Origin: an uncultured virus (IMG/VR IMGVR_UViG_2061766007_000176)
Lineage: Duplodnaviria > Heunggongvirae > Uroviricota > Caudoviricetes
IMG/VR virus record: IMGVR_UViG_2061766007_000176
Direction: 5' to 3' (one strand)
DNA: 20,000 nt
The notes under the pieces were generated by a model. The model saw nothing but the letters and a program-made list of their open reading frames with translations. It ran no database searches and had not been told where the DNA came from. Positions 1-11,542 of the stretch are shown here, in pieces. Within the stretch, counting starts at the first letter, position 1; each line of letters begins with the position of its first letter. The position numbers and the translations under genes were made by a program.

Positions 1-2
1 AA

Positions 3-632
3 CTGGGCGCGAAAGAAGCAAATAGTTATTGGGGTATGTGTTCTGGAGCAAATTCAGATACAGTTTATATCAGAACCACTACAAAAGGTTTACTTCCTTA
101 TGAAAGCGGTGGATCTGGTAGTGGCCATGGTAATATTGGTACATCTTCATGGCGCTTTTCCGCAGCTTATATAGATACTGTTACTACGAATAAAACTTAT
201 GGTGCTGTTTGGAACGATATTGCAGAATGTCGTAAAGCTACCATTACAGAACCTGGACGCGTAGTAGTAGAAAATAAATTTGGTGCGATGGAGTTAGCTT
301 CTCAACGATTACAGCCTACTGGTAGAATTATATCGGATACATATGGTTATTGTATGGGTGATCCATCAATCAATGATGTGCCAATAGCCATTGCAGGTCG
401 TGTTCTTGTATATCCATATCGTGATCCTAGTAAGTATTCATTAGGCGATTGCGTCTGCGCCGCGCCAAATGGAACTGTTGATATTATGACAAGAAAAGAG
501 ATTCAAAAATATCCGGACCGAATTATTGGTATAGTGAGTGAAATTCCAAATTATGAAGTGTGGTCTGGTGGCGCGCAAAATGGTAATGATGATATTCAAG
601 TTAAGGATCGAATTTGGATTTATATTCGCTAA
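3..632 (+). CDS. C-terminal part of a phage tail/tail-fibre protein with an intramolecular-chaperone/autoproteolytic-like C-terminus (5' truncated by window)
   Basis: Frame open from base 3 to TAA 630-632; GAVWNDIAE...PGRVVVE...IISDTYGYCMG...PIAIAGRVLVYP...YPDRIIGIVSEIP is typical of tail-fibre C-termini. Confidence 0.7.
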   Translation: MGAKEANSYWGMCSGANSDTVYIRTTTKGLLPYESGGSGSGHGNIGTSSWRFSAAYIDTVTTNKTYGAVWNDIAECRKATITEPGRVVVENKFGAMELASQRLQPTGRIISDTYGYCMGDPSINDVPIAIAGRVLVYPYRDPSKYSLGDCVCAAPNGTVDIMTRKEIQKYPDRIIGIVSEIPNYEVWSGGAQNGNDDIQVKDRIWIYIR

Positions 633-656
633 TGTTTGACTCTTATAATCTAATAT

Positions 657-685
657 TTGACTTTTTCTAAAATTTGGTGTATAAT
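657..685 (+). promoter_or_regulatory. sigma-A/70-type promoter
   Basis: TTGACT 657-662, 17-bp spacer, TATAAT 680-685. Confidence 0.75.
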
Positions 686-832
686 AAATATGTAAGGAAG
701 AGAAAAAGAATAAAAAAGAAGTTAAAGATTAACTTCAATTAACTATGGCTCCAAGATTTCACCTGCCCCGGTGAAAAAACACGGTTTGGGTGGAACGGTA
801 TATATTTGGGTGAAAAGGTTATTCCTGGGAAG

Positions 833-867
833 ATAAGTGCGATTTAAAAATCGCACTTATTTTTTTT
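833..867 (+). terminator. Rho-independent terminator
   Basis: ATAAGTGCGATT 833-844 / AATCGCACTTAT 849-860 followed by T run. Confidence 0.85.
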
Positions 868-1061
868 ACCTGTACGAAAAAAATTATATGATTTTATTGA
901 GATTCTTCTACATATTCTATGTTAAGAGGATTCTAAAAACTTATTACGTTCTACTCCCCAAGAAGAGCGTGTAAGGATCCGACACGGTTTAGTAATATTT
1001 GCGTAGAAATAATAGGTTGTTATTTCATCTTAACAAATATTATATTTATGAGGTGATACAC

Positions 1062-1685
1062 ATGGGTGAAAACGGTTTAACAGCATCTGATGTTGCCTTA
1101 ATGTCTCGCGATGGCGATGGCTGGGGTAACGGCTGGGGCGGAATGATTTGGCTTTTCGCTATCTTAGCTATGATGGGCGGTGGTTTCGGCTGGAATAATG
1201 GCGGTAATGGTAATGCTATTNNNNNNNNNNNNNNNNNNNNNNNNNNNNNNNNNNNNNNNNCACGTGATATTCTTGCGGCAGTAACGGCCGGAACCGCGCA
1301 AGCGGTAGCAACGACTAATCAAGTATATCATGATGTAGTTGGCTATGTAGGTGATAAGTATGATGAACTTCAGCGTGATATTGCTGGTCTAGCAGTTGGT
1401 CAAGCCAATCTTTTAGCACATTAGAATGAATGTTGCTGTGGCATTTCCCGTCAGTTAATGTAGAATAATTATGATGCTGCTCTTCGTGATGCAGCAACCA
1501 ATGCTAACTTTACGGCACAAATCCAGGGTGTTAAAGATCTAATTGCTCAGGATAAGATGGAAGCAATGCAGAATCGCATTAATCAACTTGAGCTACAGAA
1601 TGCCCTCGCGGGCGTAGTCCGCTATCCGAATGGATGGACTTACAATGCCGGAAATTCTCCTTTCTGTGGAGGATGTAATATGTAA
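1062..1685 (+). CDS. Gly-rich N-terminus, coiled-coil protein with CCC motif (common clostridial-phage hypothetical family); 2 in-frame TAG
   Basis: GAGGTG RBS, ATG 1062; reads through TAG 1422 and 1461 (LAH*NECCCG...) to ...SPFCGGCNM TAA 1683-1685; spans 40-nt N gap. Confidence 0.8.
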
Positions 1686-1715
1686 TCCGAGTGTATTGAG
1701 TACACCAAACATATG

Positions 1716-1746
1716 AGAGGACGTACTTAGTACGTCCTCTTTTTTT
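1716..1746 (+). terminator. Rho-independent terminator
   Basis: AGAGGACGTAC/GTACGTCCTCT 11-bp stem + T run, just after TAA 1685. Confidence 0.85.
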
Positions 1747-1764
1747 ATTATAGGAGGAATGGTT

Positions 1765-2178
1765 ATGTTACAAATTTATTCTAATAATTTAACGGTTGCT
1801 GCCAATACAGTATTTCCTTTTAATAATGTAGTATTAGATAAAGGATGTGCAGAAGTACTTAGCGCGCCAGCAACTATTCAATTAAATTAGCGTGGTGTTT
1901 ACTTAGTAGAAATGGATGGTTTTGCTACTCCAGAAGCAGCGACAGAAGTATCTGTTCAACTAATAGTTAATGGAGTTCCACAACCACAGGCAATTTCTAG
2001 CTTTGTTCCCGCATCAGTAACAGATACTCGTACATTTGGATTTAAAACTTTTGTACGCGTACTTGAAAATAATTGTAATTGTAATTGTTTAACAAGTCCA
2101 ACAACTTTACAATTTATGAATGGCAGCACAGAAATTAGTGATGCCCATATTAATGTAGTTGTAACCAAAATTAGATAA
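1765..2178 (+). CDS. beta-sandwich protein, BclA-C-terminal/C1q-like; 1 in-frame TAG
   Basis: AGGAGG RBS, ATG 1765 MLQIYSNNLTVAANTVFPF..TIQLN*RGVYLVEMDG.. in frame with ORF 1912-2178; TAG 1888. Confidence 0.7.
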
Positions 2179-2181
2179 CAT

Positions 2182-2209
2182 GGGCGGGCGCAAGCCCGCC
2201 TTTCTTTTT
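2182..2209 (+). terminator. Rho-independent terminator-like hairpin
   Basis: GGGCGGGC-GCAA-GCCCGCCT then TTCTTTTT. Confidence 0.75.
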
Positions 2210-2223
2210 AAGGAGGAATTGTT

Positions 2224-2775
2224 ATGACAATTGAAGAGATTTTTAATAAATTAGCTTCTCATATGTGCGAAGGAGTAAGATTTCATGATGAGACGGCAAA
2301 AGCATATGATTATTTAAATTTTGAAGGTTTATATAAGTGTCATATATATCATGCAACAGAAGAAAAACATGGTTTCTTGCTTCTATCTCATTATTATATG
2401 ACTCACTATTTTAAATTATTATAGTTAGAAAATATACCTGATTCTAAATTAATACCTGACACTTGGTATAAATATACAACTTAGGTTGTAGATGGTGGCA
2501 CAAAACGTAATGCCATTAAAGAATTAATGGAAAAATGGATTAAATGGGAACAAGAAACTAAAAAATTATATGAACAAATGCGGCGCGAACTTTATGAATT
2601 AGGTGAAACTGCCGCGGTTTTATATATAGATACATACATCGATGATGTTGATAAGGAACTAGTTGATGCTCAAAAGAAATTAAATCGACTAGAAACTATA
2701 GGATATGATCTCATAGAGATTACAAACTGGTAGGAACATTTATATAAAAAATATACTAAAAAACTTGGGTGGTGA
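2224..2775 (+). CDS. ferritin-like four-helix protein; 3 in-frame TAG
   Basis: AGGAGG RBS; joins ORFs 2224-2424 and 2527-2733 through TAG 2422, 2482, 2731 to TGA 2773-2775; H..EEKH and WEQETKKLYE...DVDKEL helices. Confidence 0.7.
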
Positions 2776-2780
2776 TACCT

Positions 2781-3161
2781 ATGATTAGATTAATACAGCG
2801 TCGCTTGATTATACCGCAGGGAGACACTGGCACTTTTACTATTCCTATTTAGGGTACAATGGGTGAAAATGATAAGGCAATACTATCTATCTATGATCCA
2901 TTAACATAGAAAACTCTACTTAATAAATTGGGTACTGTAGATAGTAATAACAATGTTCTTAATTTCAATTTCATTCCAGAAGATACTCTTCAAATCGAAC
3001 CAAGTAAAAGATACCTTTGGGATATTACAATCTATCGTAACGCATTATATGATTCTGAAAATCAAAAAATAAATCATGCGGATATAGTAGATTCCTATTA
3101 TGCGGCATTTAAGCTTCCGACCTGCGAAATAAGGGCGGTGACTTCAGATGTTCAAAAGTAA
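2781..3161 (+). CDS. putative baseplate/virion beta-rich protein; 2 in-frame TAG
   Basis: GGTGA RBS, ATG 2781 MIRLIQRRLIIPQGDTGTFTIPI*G; TAG 2850, 2907; in frame with ORF 2928-3161; QGDT and YLWDI motifs resemble BppU-like domains. Confidence 0.65.
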
Positions 3162-3627
3162 TAGAGAGCGCACACGCGACTTATTATTAGAATACGATAT
3201 TCGTATTATGCCGCCTCGTCCGCGCGCAGCAGGACTGGCGATGGTGTATCCTTGGTTAAACAGTAATACTGCTGACCAAGGCTGGGTAGATATTCCACCA
3301 ATTCCAGATACTCCAGAATTCCAAGTGGTATATCCTTGGGAATCTATTGGACTTAGTATTCTCGGAGATTAGATTTATATGCTGGCTGCGAACAGTGGTT
3401 ATACTGGAACTCGTGAAGATTTCCATCGTTATTTTGGCACATATCTTAATGATAATAAGTGGGAAATTCTATTTGAAAGTTATAACAATTTCCCAGAAAT
3501 TGGTGCAATAGATAAATTATATTTTGATTTAGATGAAAATATATTATATTATTGGGATGAAACTGAATATAAACCCGTTAATGCTATGCTAATTACTAAT
3601 ACCATTTTAAATGGAGGTGACGCTTAA
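3148..3627 (+). CDS. putative virion/tail protein; 1 in-frame TAG
   Basis: ORFs 3148-3372 and 3379-3627 are in one frame joined by TAG 3370; GYTGTREDF and FPEIGAIDKLYFD motifs. Confidence 0.7.
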
Positions 3628-4337
3628 TGGCAACTAATTCTGTAAAAGTTACATTATAGATTCGTCACGATGAAGCGGCAGATTGGGTAACAAGAAATCC
3701 AATTTTAGCATAGGGCGAATATGGTTTGGAAACTAATACTTTTCTTATTAAAGTAGGTGATGGAGTTCGTGATTGGACACATTTACCCTATCTAAATAAA
3801 TTAGATAGTACATATTTCAAATGGAATACTGATGGTACAATTACTTTTAGCGATGAATTTGCTCAAACCATTAGTAATATTATAATAAATGCTGGTGGGT
3901 CTACAAAGATTGTTATATCAGATGATCCTGTAGAAGAAACCGATCCAATTAATTTACGCTATTTATAGGAAGCAATATAGACAGCCATTCTTAACGCGCA
4001 TCATCTTAAACGATAGGTTGTAGAATATTTACCATCTGCCGCAAGCGCTGATGTAGATACCCTATATATGGTTCTCGCGCAATCCGGAGATCATTATGAA
4101 GAATATATGGCTATTAATGGTGTTTGGGATATGGTAGGTTCTACAGGTGATGGAGGCTCTGGTATTTTTCAACTAGAGGTTGCAACGGAAGCTCGCTTAG
4201 GCGGAGTTCGAGCGTCTCAATTAGCTGATCAAATTAATGTAAATGCTGAAGGTATTATGACATTAAATTAGGTTGCAACAACTAAATTATACGTTCCAAC
4301 AGGAGATACTTTTATTATCTATGGCGGCAGTGCTTAA
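3627..4337 (+). CDS. tail-fibre-type protein with Mtd/hyaluronidase-like N-terminal domain; multiple in-frame TAG
   Basis: GGAGG RBS, TAATG overlap; VTL*IRHDEAADW..NPILA*GEYGLETNT..KVGDG matches the QxR..W..NP.LAQGE.G.ETDT..KIGDG motif; ends TAA 4335-4337. Confidence 0.8.
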
Positions 4338-4351
4338 AGGAGGTGAGCTAA

Positions 4352-6175
4352 ATGGCGGAACATATGATTGAATCTAGAATTTTGTTACGCTATGACACCT
4401 TGGATCATTGGATGAACAGTACTGTTATTCTAAAGCAGGGAGAAGCAGCTATTGCCGCGTCCACTTTTGATTATACTATTGAAGATACAAATCATCGACC
4501 AGCACATACTCCACCTGCTATTGGTATTAAAATTGGTGATGGATATCATTATTTTTCAGAATTGCCTTGGGTTCAAGCAGTTGCTGGTGATGTATATAAT
4601 TGGGCTAAACAACAAACAAAACCGCAATATACCGCAAATGAAATTTCTGGACTAATATCACTTATATAGTAGTGTATATAGGAAGCAGGCGGCGGAAGCG
4701 GTTCTGGCTCTGGTCCAGTTACTGTTGAGGCTCGTGCCTATCGTTTAACATAGGGAACTGGTAGTAATACTAATAAATATTACTTATAGTCTAAGGGTGC
4801 GAATGATGAAGATTGGGTTACAGATGAATTACATTATGTAGATTTAACCCAGTTAGCTAATGTTTTAGAATGGCTAGGGCCTGGTATCGATGATTATTGG
4901 AATATTACTGGTTTTACTGTAGATAAATTAAATGCGCGCTTATAGCAATTAAATTACACAGATAATACAACTAATAATACAGTGGTTACTGCTGTTAATC
5001 AAATAAATGGCCAAATTAGCGTTTCTCGTGGATCAGTTAATACTAATATGATTGATGGCGTTTTAGATGTTGAACATGGAGGCACCGGTAAAAGTTCATT
5101 AGAATATGATTCTATATTAGTAGGTAATGGAACCGGCGCGATACAAACTCGACCTATTGAAACTATTTTAATCAATGATAATAATTTTGCTACTAATCGT
5201 GCTATTATTAATTATATTGAAAACGCTACAGCTGGTCTTACCGGTGCTATGCACTTCATAGGTGAAGCTACTGTAGAAATAACGAATGGTTCCCCCGTCA
5301 ATCCTCGCATTGAGGGATATAATTTTTCTTTAGCGGAATTAGGAGATGTTATTTTATTTAATTCAGCTGAATATGTTTGGACCGGAGTAAATTGGCGCTT
5401 ACTAGGTGATGAAGGTAGTTATGCGATTAAAGGCTCAATACGTAATGTTGATATTGCTGATGATGCTAATATTTCTCCTTCTAAAATTGCTAATTTAGTT
5501 ACAACTTTAGATTCTAAAGTAGATAAACAAGATGGAAAATCATTAAGTACAAATGATTTTACCAACGATTATAAAAATAAACTTGATAATATTGAAGATG
5601 AAGCCTAGCGTAATATTATTGAGCACGTATATGTAAATGGCACTGAAGTACTTCCATCTACTATTGATGGAAATCCTAATTCTTTAGGATTACGTGTGAG
5701 TGCCTTAACGCCAGAAGAAGAAGAAAAAATCGCTGGAATTGAGGCCCACGCGCAAGTAAATAAAATTGAACATATATTTCTAAATGAAAATGAATTAAAT
5801 ATAGGTACAGTAAAAAATTTAGCTAAATCTGTAAATATTTAGTTAAATGAATTTACTAATGCTGAAAAAGAAAAACTAGCTGGAATAGAAAATGGCGCTC
5901 AAGTTAATAAAATTGAGACTATTAATATTAATGGTACAGATTATACTCCTAATAATAATAAAGAAATTTAGATTACTATTGACTAGGCCGCTTTAAATCT
6001 AAATGTTCTTGAAGGCGCGAGATATCCCTCTGGAAATAATCAATATACTGATGTAGATATTACAAATAAGAAATTAGAATTAAGTAAAGTTGCGGCAACA
6101 GGCAATATTAATGATCTAGTACAACCTTCTGGCTATGTTATATTTAATTGTGGTAGTAGCACAGAAGTTATTTAA
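4352..6175 (+). CDS. tail fibre protein (607 aa) with Mtd-like N-terminus and three K(L/I)xxIExxAQxN repeats; many in-frame TAG
   Basis: AGGAGGTG RBS; no TAA/TGA in frame until 6173-6175; contains ORFs 4352-4669 and 4982-5608; KVDKQDGKSLSTNDFT motif. Confidence 0.85.
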
Positions 6176-6194
6176 ATAATAAGGAGGAATGAAT

Positions 6195-6701
6195 ATGCCA
6201 CAATATAATACACGCATATAGTTAAAAAGCGATACTGAGGCGAATTGGAATAAAGTTCCAAATTTCGTTCCTCTTGATGGGGAATTTATTATTTATTCAG
6301 TCGATAATGAGCATTCTTATTGTCGTTTAAAAGTTGGCGATGGCACAACAACAATATCAAATTTATCTTTTATAGATTCGGGTACTATTAATGGTGAAGA
6401 GGTAGAAATAGTTAAAAAAGTAACTTTTAGTCAATTTCCATAGCCTGGATCATCAGATAAATTATACATAGATTTATCAACTAATCGTATTTATCATTAT
6501 GATACCTATAATGGATATGCACAACTATCAAATTTTTCTTTTGAAGTTACAAAAACAGCGACATCTATTATTAATAGATGGAGTGCCGGTACTGTTACTA
6601 CGGCGTCGGTTAATGATAATATATTAAGTATAAAAAATGGCTTAATACCAGAATTATCTTATCAAAATATATAGGTAGTAAGTGATATACAAAGGGAGTG
6701 A
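6195..6701 (+). CDS. tail-associated protein with Mtd-like N-terminal domain; 3 in-frame TAG (absent from ORF track)
   Basis: AAGGAGG RBS; MPQYNTRI*LKSDTEANW...PLDGEFIIY...LKVGDG; TGA 6699-6701. Confidence 0.8.
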
Positions 6702-6706
6702 GTTAA

Positions 6707-7672
6707 ATGGGAACATATGTGGGTAAATTACAAATAGGCAATGATAGCAATAATTTAATTGCTTTTGGTGATATTTTATATGGTACTTGTACTACCGCAG
6801 CATCAACCGCGACAAAAGAGGTTTCAATAGCAAATTTAGATAGAGTACTATAGGGTGTTCAAATACGTGTTAAATTTACCGCAGGTAATAGCGCAACATC
6901 GAGCGTAAAATTAACTTTCCCTGGAACCTCTATTACTGAACACTTTGTATAGGGTGATTGCGTGTGCTCAGCCGATAGCGTGATTAGCTTTACTTATGAT
7001 TATGATGGAACTAATGGATATTGGCGCGTAACCAGTGGTGGTATTAATCAGGCAATTAGAGATTATATAACTGGGGTAACTAGTGGAGCTATTAATGCTG
7101 TAGATGCTTTAGTATTTAAAGGAACTTTAGGCAATGGTGGTAATATTACTGCTGTACCAGATGGTACTTCTGGGCATACTTATAAAATTGGTGAAACCTA
7201 TAGAATTATTACTCCAGGAACTTATGCTGGACAGGCATGTGAAAGTGGTGATTTATTAATTGCTATTGCTAATTCAATAGAAAACTAGACTCAAGTTAAT
7301 AATGATCACTGGACTGTGGCATAGACTAATATAGATGGCGCAGTTATAGGCCCAGCTGCGGATAATAATTTAGGAAATCATGTTGCTATTTTTAATGGCA
7401 CTACAGGTAAATTAATTAAAGATAGTGGTTTTACTATTGGTAAGTCAGTACCATCCGATGCTGTTTTTACAGATCATGAATATCATTTAGATACCACCAA
7501 TGTATCGCCATATACCGCTAGTGAAGCAATGACATCTGATTCTGATGGTAATGGAACTGTCCTAGTTACTGTAGAAGCTGGTATATTAAAACTAGCAAAT
7601 GGTATAAAATTTACAACTAGTACAGCAGTGGGAACCGCTGTATTAGATGCTGGAGCAACCCATTCAAGTTAA
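6707..7672 (+). CDS. tail fibre protein; 4 in-frame TAG
   Basis: GGGAG RBS; YGTCTTAASTATKEV, ALVFKGTLG, WTVA*TNIDGAVIGP, VPSDAVFTD; TAA 7670-7672. Confidence 0.85.
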
Positions 7673-7689
7673 TTAAGGAGGTGAGCTAA

Positions 7690-9813
7690 ATGGCTGCTAC
7701 AATAGGAAATTTTATTGATCGAATCTAGCTGGGTACCGATGATACCCATCAAATAGCCATTGGCTCTTCAGCTTATGCCGTATGCGAAACTATCGCATCA
7801 ACCCAAGTAAAAGAAATTACAATTCCAGGTTTTACTTTAAACACTGGTACCACAATTCATGTTAAATTTATATATGAAAACACTGCTACAGATCCATAGT
7901 TAAAAATTGGAACTGGCACACCACAATATATTGTACAATATGGTATTGAAAAAGTTGGAACAAATAGTGAAACTGCCGGATGGTAGGCGGGTGCAGTTTT
8001 AACTTTAACATATGATGGTACAAATTGGGTAAGGGATTAGGGTTATAATACTAATACAAGTTATACACATCCAACCACTTCTGGTAATAAACATATTCCA
8101 TCTGGTGGATCGGCCGGAAAAATACTTGGATGGGCTAGTGATGGTACAGCTGAATGGATTGATTATTCAGGTAATGATGGAAATACTTATAAACCTAAAC
8201 AGACAGCTTTTACTGATAGTACCGGTACTCCCGATGGTAATAATACCGCTACAGCTTTTATTTACTCATTCTCATAGAATGAAAATGGTGTCGTCCAAGA
8301 TATAATAACTCGCGCATTACCAGTAGCATCAACTACCGCTCCAGGTATTATTCAAATAGGAACTGAGTCAACGCATGCATTAGCCGGTGACACCGTTGTA
8401 ACTAATGTATCTTTTACTAATATAACTTCCTCCAATGATGAGTATCCCGTATTATTTAAAAATACTACTGGTACCACTAATAGTGATGGTGGCGTTTGTT
8501 TTATTTCTGCAAACGAGAAAAATGTAACTATTAATGGTAGTACCGGCAAATTAAGTGCAGAAGCAGGGTTTATTGGAAATGTTACTGGTGATTTAACTGG
8601 AACCGCGTCCTATGCAACTGCGGATTCATAGGGAAATACTATTCATACCACCTATGCTCCAATAAATAGCCCTGAGTTTACAGGTACACCATTAATTACA
8701 ACGACCCCAACCGATGGTGATAGTAGTCATAAAATTGCTGACACCGCTTTTGTAATGAATACATTAAAATATGTTGATGCAATGTTATTTAAAGGAACTA
8801 TTGGTGATATAGATGATAATCCTACTGTAACTTCTTTACCAATAATACATGAAGCAGGCTGGACATATCGTGTTGTCACTGCCGCTACATATAGTATTAC
8901 AGATTCTACTGGTCGATATTGTGAAGAAGGCACTCTAATTATTTGTACAACCGATGGAACAGCAAGTAATCCTGCTGATTGGACAGCTATAGAAACTAAT
9001 GAAGACGGCGCGGTTATAGGACCTACTAGTAGCACTAATAATGATATTGTAACATTTTCTGCAACCTCTGGTAGAGTTATACAAGATAGTGGAAAGACAT
9101 TTTCTACAGCTACTCCAACTACCTCATCAACTGATAATTAGATTCCAACATCTAAAGCTGTATGGGCGGCGATTAATGGTTTAGATACTATTATAAGTGG
9201 TTGTGGAGCAGAAAAAACTCTTGCAACATTAACTGAATCTGATGGTATAATTAGTGCAACATTTTAGAATGTTGCTATTTCACTGACCGCCGCAGCAGAG
9301 AGTAGTTATTGGAATTTTACAGGTTCTAACAATAATGAAACAAATAAAGTAAAATATTCATTAGCACCATATAGTTCTAAATAGAATGGAGCTAATTTTT
9401 ATACTGGGACAACAGCTCCAGATGGCACTGACCGTTTAAATTATAATGGTTATTTTTATGCAACAAATTTATACTCAAGTAAAGTATATCCAGGAACTAA
9501 TACCAGTTATGGTAATGCATATACTCCAATTTATTGGAATGATGGCGTTCCTGCTGAAGTTACCATAATAAAAAAATATACATTTAGTTTTGCTGATTCG
9601 GGCGCGACAACTACAGTTGTTACGCCAGATAATATTAATATTGGAACTCATATAGTAACAGAAATTGTAGTTGATACCGGTATATCACATCTAAATGGAT
9701 CAATTAGCTGGAATGTGCCAACTACTGGTGATAATGCAAATAAAATTGTATTAACTACTATAGCTACATCAGGTACTGTAAGTGGTTATATTTTAGTTTC
9801 TACAGGATCTTAA
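7690..9813 (+). CDS. long tail fibre / receptor-binding protein (707 aa); many in-frame TAG
   Basis: AGGAGGTG RBS; single frame with only TAG interruptions; YTHPTTSGNKHIPSGG, APINSPEFTGTP, AMLFKGTIG, DWTAIETNEDGAVIGP; TAA 9811-9813. Confidence 0.85.
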
Positions 9814-9817
9814 ATAC

Positions 9818-9847
9818 TTGACAACTTATTATAAAATATGTTATAAT
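9818..9847 (+). promoter_or_regulatory. sigma-A-type promoter (extended -10) upstream of holin
   Basis: TTGACA 9818-9823, 18-bp spacer, TGnTATAAT ending 9847. Confidence 0.7.
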
Positions 9848-9871
9848 AAAGAAAAAAAGGAGGTAATTCCT

Positions 9872-10207
9872 ATGGATGCCACTCAAATTTTACTTGGTAT
9901 TATTTTAATTTTAGGTGGTATAGCGACGCTAATCGTCTGGCCTTACATTAAAACTCATGTTTCTGCTGAATAGCTTTCTATATTAGCAGGAATTGCATAG
10001 ACTGTGGTGTATGCAGCTGAAAAGATCTTCGGCGCAAAAATGGGTGAAGATAAATTAGCCTATGCTTTAAACCTAGCAAAGAAACTACTTGAAAAGAAAG
10101 GTGTAACTTTCGACGAAGAAGTAATCCGTGCGGCAATCGAGGCACAAGTACAAGAATTAGATTTAAATCAGCAAGTCCTTGAAGAACCCGAGGAAACGGA
10201 AGAATGA
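9872..10207 (+). CDS. phage holin, LL-H family-like; 2 in-frame TAG
   Basis: AGGAGG RBS; N-terminal TM helix ILLGIILILGGIATLIVWPYIK; VYAAEKIFG..GEDKLAYA..IRAAIEAQV; TAG 9971, 9998. Confidence 0.8.
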
Positions 10208-10479
10208 AAGCTTACGTAAGTACTGCTAATAAGGGATCAGTAAATTTGCGCGAATCCACTAGTAAATCTAGTAAGGTTCTCGCGCAGATCCCTTATGGCA
10301 CTGCTCTCGAAATTGAATATGTAGATAATACATGGTCACGCACGGGATATAATGGAAAAGTAGGTTATGTAATGACCGAATTCTTATCAAATGGAAAATC
10401 AATTACAAAAAATGATTTACAACAAGTATATGATAGTCTTAAGAAAGCTCTTGAGACTATTGAAAAAATATTAAAGTGA
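10204..10479 (+). CDS. SH3b-domain protein (cell-wall binding)
   Basis: VNLRESTSKSSKVLAQIPYG...W..GYNGKVGYVMTEFL; ATGA overlap with holin. Confidence 0.8.
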   Translation: MKAYVSTANKGSVNLRESTSKSSKVLAQIPYGTALEIEYVDNTWSRTGYNGKVGYVMTEFLSNGKSITKNDLQQVYDSLKKALETIEKILK

Positions 10480-10486
10480 GGTAACT

Positions 10487-10681
10487 ATGGACGAATTTGG
10501 ATGCCCATATTGTTGGGACTCAAAGAAAGAAAAAGAAAAAGAGCTGTACTTCTTTGATGCAGCAAATAATTTTAAACTATGCGACTACTGCCCCAAGTGT
10601 GGTCGTAAGTATGGGGAGGAAACGGTTAATGAATACATGGAATCAAAACAACGTAATGATGGGGTAGACACCGCAATATAA
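10487..10681 (+). CDS. small zinc-ribbon protein
   Basis: GAGG RBS; CPYC...YCPKCGR. Confidence 0.65.
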   Translation: MDEFGCPYCWDSKKEKEKELYFFDAANNFKLCDYCPKCGRKYGEETVNEYMESKQRNDGVDTAI

Positions 10682-11018
10682 CCCCTATCTACAAAGATTG
10701 CCAGTTTATTCTGCGGCACCAATACATGGAGAAAATGCAGCATGGCAATTTCCAATGGGCTCTAATAGTGAAATATATTTACCAGATGCAGATGAAGATA
10801 TAATTTGGTGGATACGTACAGATGCTACGGGCAATAGAAGTGTCTAGCCTTTTGATGTGTCACCGCATAAAAAGCCAGAACCTATTGATATGAATAATAT
10901 ATTAGAACGTTTGGGTGCAGTGGAGGAATGGATAAATGGCAAGTAGAATAAGTCAAATGCGAAACGAGCTACCACAACAGTAGCTCCCGCAACAACTGTC
11001 ACAGCAACAGTTGAATGA
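10629..11018 (+). CDS. hypothetical phage protein; 3 in-frame TAG (absent from ORF track)
   Basis: GGAGG RBS, MNTWNQNNVMMG*TPQYNPY..IHGENAAWQFPMGSNSEIYLPD..WIRTDATG..; TGA 11016-11018. Confidence 0.7.
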
Positions 11019-11232
11019 TTCAATCGCGCGAACTCGCGCACTCATGGAACAATATAAGGTAATAAACAATAAAGAAGCCGTTATAATGAATTTATTACAA
11101 AATAATCCATAGTTGGGATAGCTCTCAAGCATGTTACGTTAGGGCAATAATTTAGAAAATATTGCAAAAAACATGGCACAAATGGGTGGCTATAATATAA
11201 ATGAAATTCTTCGCGGCTTGGGAGGTCCTTAA
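10936..11232 (+). CDS. Gln-rich helical hypothetical protein; 4 in-frame TAG (absent from ORF track)
   Basis: GGAGG RBS, MASRISQMRNELPQQ*LPQQLSQQQL...NNP*LG*...AKNMAQMGG; TAA 11230-11232. Confidence 0.7.
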
Positions 11233-11233
11233 T

Positions 11234-11539
11234 ATGAATGTTATTAAATTCAATAACTCTGAATTTGAAGTTGAATCTTATACTAAAAATACCTATTTTA
11301 CTCAAGAGGGCATAATTAGTAATGCAAATTGTTCTTTAAATACCAATAATATTGAGGCAGTAAATGCTTTAGCTGAAGGCGCTATTACATCAATTGTAAT
11401 TGAGCATGATCATTTAGTTATCTATAGTTTAACCGATGTTAATGCTAAAATTGACAACATTAATGAATATTTAAATGGCAATAGAATGAATATTAGTTTA
11501 ACTTTAACATTTACTAATGATACGATAGCAGATGCTTAA
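11234..11539 (+). CDS. hypothetical protein
   Basis: GGAGG RBS at 11221 favours ATG 11234 over the track start 11201. Confidence 0.7.
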   Translation: MNVIKFNNSEFEVESYTKNTYFTQEGIISNANCSLNTNNIEAVNALAEGAITSIVIEHDHLVIYSLTDVNAKIDNINEYLNGNRMNISLTLTFTNDTIADA

Positions 11540-11542
11540 TAC

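Noticed and set aside
1062..11232. Pseudogenised or decaying prophage genes
   Set aside because: All interruptions are TAG only, with no frameshifts or internal TAA/TGA, and a CUA tRNA is present; recoding explains it
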